From assembly GCA_002762785.1 (NCBI GenBank), contig PCXY01000005.1, positions 392,849 to 456,848 on the forward strand: 64,000 bases of DNA, written 5' to 3'. A program made the translations under genes and the position numbers. Under the pieces are notes generated by a model that saw nothing but the letters and a program-made list of their open reading frames with translations, did no database searches and was not told the origin of the DNA. Below are positions 56,592-64,000 of the stretch, piece after piece; the first letter of the stretch is position 1, and every line of letters begins with the position of its first letter. The DNA is from Candidatus Woesearchaeota archaeon CG10_big_fil_rev_8_21_14_0_10_45_16 (lineage in GTDB: Archaea; Nanobdellota; Nanobdellia; Woesearchaeales; GW2011-AR9).

Positions 56592-57338
56592 TTAAATCAT
56601 GATCTGATACCATTGGTACAAGACCCGATCGGCAGCTTTGGTGATGTCATACCCTTGTCCGGTGATCTTGATGCAGGTGCCGTTCAAGTCGATCCTTGCT
56701 TCTTCTCCCAATACAAATTCCACCACGGGAAGTCCTTGCGTGTTTTCACAGCTGACGATGGTGCGGTTGTCACAGATGCCGTTTTCTTCAGTACAGGAAC
56801 CGATCGGCCTGATACCGATACCTTGAGCCACGTTCATGCTTAACTCACCGACGGCAAGCGTGTAATACTTGTCGAAGACCATCGGATCTGTAGCGATATA
56901 AAGGTCGTCACTCTTGTAGAATTCAGCCTCTAATGAACCTGATACGGGGATATCTTCCAGATCGCGTGGACTAAAGTGAAGAGGGAACTTGACTGCTCTA
57001 TTAGCTCTGGTGACTTCTGTCCACCATAAACCGTCGATGTTGACGAAACTATATCCATTGTAGAGGTAGCCTTGTTCTTCAGGTAGTTTTCCTTCAAGAT
57101 TGGCTTGATGAAGCTCTTCTAAAGTCATCGGCACCGGTGCTGCGTACGCATTGTACAGCTTGAAGGCGGCGAAAGTCAGGACAAACAAGCCGATGATGAC
57201 TACCAAGGTCCAGATCAGCTTCTTGCTGTCCTCTTTGCTGTGGTCTTGAGGCGTCTCTTCGACCAGTCCTGGTTGGATATCGTCCATCTTCTGTTTTAAG
57301 CCGGACCCATTTAAGAAGGTTGTGGTTTTTTGCTCCAT
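56592..57338 (-). CDS. Membrane-anchored hypothetical protein
   Basis: One TM, YNGYSF and a Cys-containing extracellular domain. Start could instead be 57287. Confidence 0.8.
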   Translation of the reverse strand: MEQKTTTFLNGSGLKQKMDDIQPGLVEETPQDHSKEDSKKLIWTLVVIIGLFVLTFAAFKLYNAYAAPVPMTLEELHQANLEGKLPEEQGYLYNGYSFVNIDGLWWTEVTRANRAVKFPLHFSPRDLEDIPVSGSLEAEFYKSDDLYIATDPMVFDKYYTLAVGELSMNVAQGIGIRPIGSCTEENGICDNRTIVSCENTQGLPVVEFVLGEEARIDLNGTCIKITGQGYDITKAADRVLYQWYQIMI

Positions 57339-57387
57339 CTTCGTTTTCTCCGCTACTTTTTTAAAACAGCCCTCTGCTAAGAGCCGT

Positions 57388-58443
57388 ATGGACTTCCTGC
57401 AAAAGATCAGAGATAATAATGCTACTCATGTAGTGAGTAAAGCAGAGTTGGAGCCCTTGTTGATGGAAGCGCAGAAAGTTTTCCGCCAGCATTTCTCTTT
57501 AGAAGCCAATTTTGAGCGTTCCGTCTTCATCAACTGGACCTGCGCCATCGCCGATTGCCAGTACTGCTACCTTTCTACCAAGCCGAAACATGATCCCAGG
57601 CAGGAAGCCAAAGCTGTCCGCAGTCAGGAATCGATCCTGGCGGAAGTGCTATTGTGCCGGCTGATGGGCTGGAAGATCGGTTACATCACTGGCGGTCTGC
57701 GGGTAGAATCAGTTGAATACCTGAAAGACCTTATCAGCAAGATCAACGCTATCAACGGGGAGAAGATCATGATGAACTTCGGCCCTTACGCGCATTCTGA
57801 GATCGACAAGCTGAAACCGGTCGTCTCCGGGATGGGTTCGGCCATCGAATCGTTTGATGAAGAACTGCACAATTTCATCTGTCCGTCCAAGCCCCTCCGT
57901 GTTCTTCTGAAGTTTCTGGAGAACGTCAAGAGAGAAGGCTTGCAGAAGCTGATCACCATCATCTTAGGCATCGGCGAGAAGAAAAGCGACGTCGATATCG
58001 TCATCGAGAAGATAAAAGAATATGATATCGAGAAGATCCAGCTATGTTTCCTCAAGCCGCAGGAGAATACCATATTCGACGAAGTGCCTTCTCCTAACCC
58101 TGATTACATGGCTTGGTGGATCGCCCGTATCCGTGTTGCCTGTCCTGAGGTCATCATCAAAGTCGCCCTAGTCAGGGATCGCATCAGCGATGTCTCATTA
58201 TATCTGGAAGCTGGGGCCAACGGTTTCAGCCGCTTCATGATCTTCAACGATTTTAATTCGGAATATGCTGTTGAACTAGAACAAGGCTGCCGGAAGGCTG
58301 GAAGGAAACTGCAAGGCTGTTTCACGTCACTGCCAGAGCTGGATCTGGAAAAAGAAGTTGCGGGATTGCCGTTCGATAATCTGTTGAAAGAGAAAATATT
58401 ACTGAAACTGAAACAGTACTATGCCAAGTTGGAACGGAAATGA
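57388..58443 (+). CDS. Radical SAM protein (BioB-like fold) with CX4CX2C
   Basis: CAIADCQYC, TGG, IES..CPSK and ILGIGE motifs. Confidence 0.88.
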   Translation: MDFLQKIRDNNATHVVSKAELEPLLMEAQKVFRQHFSLEANFERSVFINWTCAIADCQYCYLSTKPKHDPRQEAKAVRSQESILAEVLLCRLMGWKIGYITGGLRVESVEYLKDLISKINAINGEKIMMNFGPYAHSEIDKLKPVVSGMGSAIESFDEELHNFICPSKPLRVLLKFLENVKREGLQKLITIILGIGEKKSDVDIVIEKIKEYDIEKIQLCFLKPQENTIFDEVPSPNPDYMAWWIARIRVACPEVIIKVALVRDRISDVSLYLEAGANGFSRFMIFNDFNSEYAVELEQGCRKAGRKLQGCFTSLPELDLEKEVAGLPFDNLLKEKILLKLKQYYAKLERK

Positions 58444-58685
58444 GATCAGCTACTATTGAAGACTTGGAAGCCCGTCTGGAACGGGGGGCCTGGAAGACGC
58501 CAGCCATGTTGATGGATGAACTGACAAAAGCAGATCTTGATCCTTCCCGGCTGAATGTTCATCTCTATCTGGCCCAAGGTTATCGAGAGAGAAGATTAGA
58601 ACGGGAGCAGATGGGGGAAGTAGAAGGTTTTCCTACTTATGCCTATCGCCTTTCGATGAAAGGGGCGCAGCTGAACTTATTCTGA
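58440..58685 (+). CDS. Orphan hypothetical protein
   Basis: ATGA overlap with the radical SAM gene. Confidence 0.55.
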   Translation: MRSATIEDLEARLERGAWKTPAMLMDELTKADLDPSRLNVHLYLAQGYRERRLEREQMGEVEGFPTYAYRLSMKGAQLNLF

Positions 58686-59528
58686 GATCTTCTTCAGCAG
58701 CATCTCTACCGGATCGACGCACTGTTTGCGGAAGGAATCTTCACCCTGAGCAGCTACGTGTTCGGTCAGGATGATGTTGCCTTCTTTCAGTTCTGCTTTG
58801 AGTTCATCAGAATAGACGTCTAACCCGACGCCGCGGAATTTCCCCTGTTGGTATGCTTCGATCAGGCCATTTTCTTCGATGATTTCAGCTCGGGACGTAT
58901 TCACAAAGAAAACTCCCTGTTTCATCTTGCTGAAACTTTCTTTATTGACCAGATTTTGAGTGTATCTGTTGAGCGGAACATGGACGGTGATGATATCAGC
59001 GTTCAGGACCTCATCCATGGTTTTCATCTCCACGTTCAGTTCTTTCAGTACTTCAGGACTCTGTTCGATGACATCAAAAGCTATCACCTTTGCTTCAAGA
59101 CCTAATAACTTTTTAGCTACTATCTTACCGATCATCCCGAAGCCGAGGATGCCGATGGTCTTGCCTTTGATTTCGGCAAACGGTCTTTTAACGTCTTCAC
59201 GTAATAATGAGAGTATCAGATATAATGTATGTTCGGCGACGCTGTTGGCATTGCTGCCGGGGCATTGGATCAGTTCAATGTTACGTTGTTTCAATTCGTT
59301 TAGGTCGATATTATCCGTTCCCACGCTGCAGCTGACGACGAATCTTAATTGGGGAAATTTCTCTATCTCTCCTTTTTTGAACCGGGTAAATGTTCTTAGT
59401 ACGACGGATTCCACTTCGGGGAAAGAGTCTTGCTGGTAGAATTGTTCATTTTCCATCTGCTGCAAGCCTGTCTTCTGCAGCAGTTCTTCTGCATCCGGGT
59501 GCAGCTTGCCGATAAGGAGTGTTTTCAT
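58677..59528 (-). CDS. D-isomer-specific 2-hydroxyacid dehydrogenase
   Basis: GTDNID, NANSVAE, GFGMIG, NTSR, LDV and H motifs. Confidence 0.93.
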   Translation of the reverse strand: MKTLLIGKLHPDAEELLQKTGLQQMENEQFYQQDSFPEVESVVLRTFTRFKKGEIEKFPQLRFVVSCSVGTDNIDLNELKQRNIELIQCPGSNANSVAEHTLYLILSLLREDVKRPFAEIKGKTIGILGFGMIGKIVAKKLLGLEAKVIAFDVIEQSPEVLKELNVEMKTMDEVLNADIITVHVPLNRYTQNLVNKESFSKMKQGVFFVNTSRAEIIEENGLIEAYQQGKFRGVGLDVYSDELKAELKEGNIILTEHVAAQGEDSFRKQCVDPVEMLLKKISE

Positions 59529-59581
59529 GGTCTGGACGGCTGGAGGTTCTTTTATAAAATTAATGGAAACGTATTCAACCC

Positions 59582-60367
59582 CTATTCGGCCTTGGCCAGT
59601 GATCCGGATACTTTCGCTTTTTCCAAGGCTCTGGCAGCGATAAAAGCGGCGACAATGAGGAAGACGATACTCACTATCAATGAATAGAGCAGGCTGTAGT
59701 AGTCGATCGGCTGTCCGGCGATGCTGGCCCGCAGCTGTTCAAAGACATGGGTAGTCGGCAGCAGGATGGCTATCTTGGCCGCCCAGGAAGGCAGCGAGCT
59801 CAGCGGGTAGAACACGCAGCTGAAAGGCTGGATGATCCAGATGGTGCTCCAGGCTAACACCTGTAGCCTTGTCCCGTAGCGGAAGATGAAGGAACTTACC
59901 AGCAGGCCGACAGCCCAGGCAAAGAGGAACAAGATGCTGACGAACATGATGAAATGTAGCAGGTTGAAAGCGAAGACGTTAAACTGGTACAGCAGAAAGC
60001 TGACTACAGCCATCGTCAGGAAAGCTGCTAAGGACCGGATGATGCCCAGGAAAAACAACGAGGCGACAATCTCGCTGAACTGGACCGGGGAAGAGAACAG
60101 GTGGTAGACACTTCTCGACCAGAAACTTTCCAGGATGTAGACGACCATGTCCTGGCTGGACCTCCAGATGAAGATCCACAGTACGATGCCACCGAGGATA
60201 GTGTTAAGGACATTATACTCAGACAATCCCTGGATGTAGAAAGTCATGAATCCCCAGATGAACAGGTCCATGATCGGCCAGTAGAAGACATCAAACAGCC
60301 GGTCCAGACTATCTATCGAAAAATAATAATAGTTCAGGATCAACGCTTTTATTCTATGGAGTTTCAT
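59582..60367 (-). CDS. ABC-2 type exporter permease
   Basis: 6 TM helices; FYPLSSLPSW..P.THVFE. Confidence 0.92.
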   Translation of the reverse strand: MKLHRIKALILNYYYFSIDSLDRLFDVFYWPIMDLFIWGFMTFYIQGLSEYNVLNTILGGIVLWIFIWRSSQDMVVYILESFWSRSVYHLFSSPVQFSEIVASLFFLGIIRSLAAFLTMAVVSFLLYQFNVFAFNLLHFIMFVSILFLFAWAVGLLVSSFIFRYGTRLQVLAWSTIWIIQPFSCVFYPLSSLPSWAAKIAILLPTTHVFEQLRASIAGQPIDYYSLLYSLIVSIVFLIVAAFIAARALEKAKVSGSLAKAE

Positions 60368-61320
60368 CTTTTTTCGATACCTGTCTCTTTGGTACTGTTA
60401 AGATTTTGATCTTTCTTTGATCTTTGGATGAAATAATCTTCCAGCGTCGGCTTGCTGAGATGCATATCGTCAAAAGCGACGCCTTTCTTCACGAACTGTT
60501 CCAGGAGAGGGTAGATGATCTTCTCTCGGTTTTGGATGGTGAACTCCAAGATATTTTTCTTTTTCTCGAAGCTGATGTTATTCTCTCTGAGGATCTGCTG
60601 GGCTTTGTTGATCTGGCGGGAGAAATGCAGCCTGACGGTCTGTGTCTCCAGTTCTTTCAGCAGTTCCTCAGCTTTCCCCGGATTGCTGATCTTGCCGTCG
60701 TACATGAAAGCTATGCGGTCGCACATCTCTTCAACTTCCTGCATGTAATGGGAGGTAAAGATGATGGTGCAGCCGGTCTCTTTATTGTATCTTCGCAGAT
60801 AGTCTCTGACGATCTCTGCCACATCAGGATCTAATCCCACGGTGCACTCGTCAAGGAACAGCAGTTCCGGATCGTTGAGCAGCGCTTTCACCAATACTAC
60901 TCTGGTCCGTTCGCCGGAGCTTAAAGAATGGACCTTGGTCTTGAAGCGGTGAGATATCATGAATCTCTCAGATAATTCTTCGATCTTCTTTTTTCTGTTT
61001 TTGATATTGTAGATGCGGGCGTAGACTTCCAGGTTCTGTCTCACGGTCAGGTTGGTGCTTAGGCTGTAGTAGGCTGTGGCCACGTTGAAACGATTCTTGA
61101 TCTCTTCTTCGTTCTTGAAGAAATCCTTGCCAAAGATGGTTATTTTTCCAGAATCCGGTCTTAGCAGGCCGGTGAGGATATTGATGGTCGTGGATTTGCC
61201 GGCGCCGTTCACACCCAGCAGTCCGAAGATCTCGCCTTTCTTGACGCTGAATGAGATATTGTTTACGGCAGTGACTCCGGGAAACGTTTTCTTTAGGTTC
61301 TTGACGACGACGGTATCCAT
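60364..61320 (-). CDS. ABC exporter ATP-binding subunit
   Basis: GVNGAGKS, LSSGE, LFLDE and SH motifs. Confidence 0.95.
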   Translation of the reverse strand: MDTVVVKNLKKTFPGVTAVNNISFSVKKGEIFGLLGVNGAGKSTTINILTGLLRPDSGKITIFGKDFFKNEEEIKNRFNVATAYYSLSTNLTVRQNLEVYARIYNIKNRKKKIEELSERFMISHRFKTKVHSLSSGERTRVVLVKALLNDPELLFLDECTVGLDPDVAEIVRDYLRRYNKETGCTIIFTSHYMQEVEEMCDRIAFMYDGKISNPGKAEELLKELETQTVRLHFSRQINKAQQILRENNISFEKKKNILEFTIQNREKIIYPLLEQFVKKGVAFDDMHLSKPTLEDYFIQRSKKDQNLNSTKETGIEKR

Positions 61321-61372
61321 GTTACTGCAAAATAAAATTGAGTATATAAAGATTGGGTCATCAAAAAAATGA

Positions 61373-61458
61373 AGCCTCTGGAGGGAATTGAACCCTCGAC
61401 CTGCGCTTCTCTCTGGGATACATACGAGAGCGCCGCTATACCGCTAAGCCACAGAGGC
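61373..61458 (-). tRNA. tRNA-Thr(CGT) with a 14-nt intron at 37/38 (61409-61422)
   Basis: Acceptor GCCTCTG/CAGAGGC, anticodon stem GCGCT/AGCGC, intact T loop TTCAATT. Confidence 0.95.
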
Positions 61459-61562
61459 ATAAGTTCGCAAGGAATGGCCGTATTTTTTAAAAGTATCTCT
61501 ACCAAAACCGGTAATCACTATTAAGGGATAAATTTAAATAAAAAAGGCTTGTTTACTATGCT

Positions 61563-62141
61563 ATGAATAAAGTAGAAAGGCCGATAACTTTAGAACCGGT
61601 AAAAATACATCTCTTGAGAAGAAGCAGAAAAGCTCCGTTAGAGTTAGGCGATGATCTTGAAGACCTCGCTGAAGCTCTCGATTACTCTTTAGCAGCTTTC
61701 TATCGTAGGGAAGGGGATGTTCTTAGAAGCGATACCAAAACAGAGAGTCGCTATCTTAATCATTGTAATGAAGCGGTAAGAGTTTTTGGATCTGTTCTTC
61801 GGGAACAAGAACTCTTCGCAGATTTTCCTGATGCAAGATATCTAGAACTACGAAGTGATGGCCCATTCAATAAACATTATGGTGATTTCCATAGCGTTGG
61901 TCTGGTTATAACTGATGGATTATATTTGGCTATCGACTTGACGCACAACGATCACAATCATATAAATCCGATGAGAACAGCAATCTTTCAGGCGTCTGAA
62001 GAAAGAGCTCTTTTTGGTCTATTATCCCATTATTATGGGGGAATATGGAGACCAGAAGCAATTTATCATCCAGTATCAGGAAAATTTCCTTGGGCCGATG
62101 GAAAAGATATAGCTACTCTTTGTGATAGCGTCTTACCCTAA
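61563..62141 (+). CDS. Orphan hypothetical protein
   Basis: 192-aa ORF after TTTAAATA; the C..H..D spacing is only weakly suggestive of a papain-like fold. Confidence 0.7.
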   Translation: MNKVERPITLEPVKIHLLRRSRKAPLELGDDLEDLAEALDYSLAAFYRREGDVLRSDTKTESRYLNHCNEAVRVFGSVLREQELFADFPDARYLELRSDGPFNKHYGDFHSVGLVITDGLYLAIDLTHNDHNHINPMRTAIFQASEERALFGLLSHYYGGIWRPEAIYHPVSGKFPWADGKDIATLCDSVLP

Positions 62142-62297
62142 GTTTTTTACCATCTCTTCCTTCGTGGTAAACTTCTTCTGGCACTCGAAACAGACCGGAT
62201 ACTGCTTAGAAGAGCCTGCTTTCTTGATGATCGTGCCTTTAAGCTTCTCTAAGAACAGTTCCGGAATCTTGTTGCTGCAGATGCTGCATTTGCTCAT
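62133..62297 (-). CDS. 54-aa zinc-finger microprotein (absent from the ORF track)
   Basis: MSKCSIC...VCFECQ; TATA about 25 nt upstream. Confidence 0.75.
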   Translation of the reverse strand: MSKCSICSNKIPELFLEKLKGTIIKKAGSSKQYPVCFECQKKFTTKEEMVKNLG

Positions 62298-62350
62298 ATC
62301 TTGTAAAGAAAAGGTTTATTTTTTAAATTCTTCCCATTTTAACAGGTAAA

Positions 62351-64000
62351 ATGAGAAAAAGGATCGCGGTCATCGATCGCAACAAGTGTCATCCGGACGA
62401 GTGCGGCAATTATCTCTGCGCTAAATTGTGTCCCGTCAACCGTTCGGGAGCTGATTGCATCTATCCGGGAGATGATCAGGGAAAGAAAGCCAGGATCGAT
62501 GAGTTTCTCTGTACCGGCTGCGGGATCTGTCCCAACAGATGCCCGTTCGGGGCCATCAGTATCATCAACCTGCCGGAGACCCTTAACAAGGATCCGGTCC
62601 ATAGGTATGGTGAGAATATGTTTGAACTCTATTCTCTGCCCAGCCCTCTCTTTGGACAGGTTACAGGCATCTTAGGAAAGAACGGGATCGGCAAATCTAC
62701 GGCTTTGAAGATCATGGCCAATGTTTTGCAGCCGAACCTTGGAAGATGGAAAGAAATTCCTGATTTTAAGGAAGTCATCAATTATTTCAAAGGCACGGAG
62801 ACGCAGAAATTCCTGGAGAAACTGCATAAGAATGAGATTCATCTCTCTTACAAGCCGCAACAAGTTGATCTAATCCCGAAACAGTTTTCAGGAACAGTCC
62901 GTCAATTGTTAGAGAAGATCGACCAGAACAAGAAACTGGCTGAGATTGCCGTAAAACTAGAACTAGAACATTTCTTGGATACAGACATCAGCATGATCTC
63001 CGGGGGAGAATTGCAGCGGGTGGCTATCGCCGCAACCGTCTTGAAAGGCGCCAACCTGTTCCTGTTCGACGAGCCGTCTTCTTACCTGGATATCAAGCAG
63101 CGGGTCAATATCTCACAGTTTATCCGCTCGTTAGCCAACGATGATACGGCCACGTTAGTCATCGAGCACGACTTGATTATCCTTGACTATATGACCGACC
63201 TGTTGAACATCATGTATGGTCATGAGGGAGCGTATGGTATCGTTTCCGGAGTAAAGTCATCACGGGAAGGTATCAACGCCTTCCTGGAAGGGTATCTGAA
63301 AGAAGAAAACGTGCGTTTCCGAAACCATCACATCAAGTTTGAGAAGACCAGAGAGAACAAAGGCGCACTGCCTGTCCCTTTGATATCCTGGCCGCTGCTG
63401 AAGAAAGTCCAGGGAAATTTCACGCTGCGAGCGGAAGCCGGTGAATTGCATAAGAACGAAGTGGTCGGTATCCTCGGCGAGAACGGTATCGGCAAAACTT
63501 CATTTATCAAAGTTCTGGCCGGCCTGATCAAGCCAGATGAAGGTGTGATCGATGCCACGGTAAAAGTTGCCTACAAGCCGCAGTATCTGGAAACAGACTC
63601 TGAGATGACTGTCGGCGAGTTCCTGATCGAAGCCGTTGCTCATTACGGTAAGCAGCTGGTAGAACCGCTGAACCTGGAATCATTGTTCTCGCAGAAATTG
63701 TCAGAACTTTCTGGTGGTCAGCTACAGAGGGTGTCCATCGCTAAATGCCTGTCGCAGCAAGCGGAACTCTTTCTATTAGACGAACCGTCTGCGTATCTTG
63801 ACGTCGAGCAAAGGTTATTGATCTCGAAGGTTATCAACAATGTGGTGCAGGAACGGGATGTGACTATCTTAGTTGTCGATCACGACTTGCTGTTCCTCGA
63901 TTATATCTCTGACAGGCTGATCGTCTTCTCCGGCCAGCCGGCTAAAGAAGGATTGTTGAAAGGACCGTTCAACATGGAAGAAGGCATGAATCTTTTCTTA
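62351..64000 (+). CDS. abce1: Ribosome recycling ATPase ABCE1/RLI (3' end outside the window; absent from the ORF track)
   Basis: MRKRIAVID..CHPDECGNYLC..CP Fe-S domain; two GxNGIGK[ST] and SGG[EQ]LQR motifs. Confidence 0.97.
   Translation, partial: MRKRIAVIDRNKCHPDECGNYLCAKLCPVNRSGADCIYPGDDQGKKARIDEFLCTGCGICPNRCPFGAISIINLPETLNKDPVHRYGENMFELYSLPSPLFGQVTGILGKNGIGKSTALKIMANVLQPNLGRWKEIPDFKEVINYFKGTETQKFLEKLHKNEIHLSYKPQQVDLIPKQFSGTVRQLLEKIDQNKKLAEIAVKLELEHFLDTDISMISGGELQRVAIAATVLKGANLFLFDEPSSYLDIKQRVNISQFIRSLANDDTATLVIEHDLIILDYMTDLLNIMYGHEGAYGIVSGVKSSREGINAFLEGYLKEENVRFRNHHIKFEKTRENKGALPVPLISWPLLKKVQGNFTLRAEAGELHKNEVVGILGENGIGKTSFIKVLAGLIKPDEGVIDATVKVAYKPQYLETDSEMTVGEFLIEAVAHYGKQLVEPLNLESLFSQKLSELSGGQLQRVSIAKCLSQQAELFLLDEPSAYLDVEQRLLISKVINNVVQERDVTILVVDHDLLFLDYISDRLIVFSGQPAKEGLLKGPFNMEEGMNLFL

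Overview
Gene-dense archaeal chromosome segment, most likely from a DPANN archaeon of the Woesearchaeota type. This is inferred from archaeal markers (Topo VI A/B, aIF5B, aIF-1A, EF-1beta, Hef, RIO1-Dim2, archaeal DnaG, ABCE1, BRE/TATA promoters, BHB tRNA introns) combined with bacterial-type GyrA and LspA and almost no biosynthetic genes. It holds about 75 CDSs, mostly housekeeping genes interleaved with orphan ORFs. All four tRNA genes (Cys, Arg, Trp, Thr) have introns, and three carry a second intron at T-loop position 59/60. There is also a cell-surface gene cluster (46-54 kb) and a decaying relBE-type pair. No CRISPR array, rRNA, integrase or transposase was found. The best unexplained signals are: (1) a ~320-nt structured leader with a translationally coupled 20-codon uORF in front of dnaG, preceded by a separate ~55-nt anti-Shine-Dalgarno-like RNA; (2) a secreted protein ending in an outer-membrane-type beta-barrel; (3) a probable intron-within-an-intron in tRNA-Arg and a minimal box C/D guide in the tRNA-Trp intron. 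All calls come from reading motifs and base-pairing by eye; no searches or folding programs were run.
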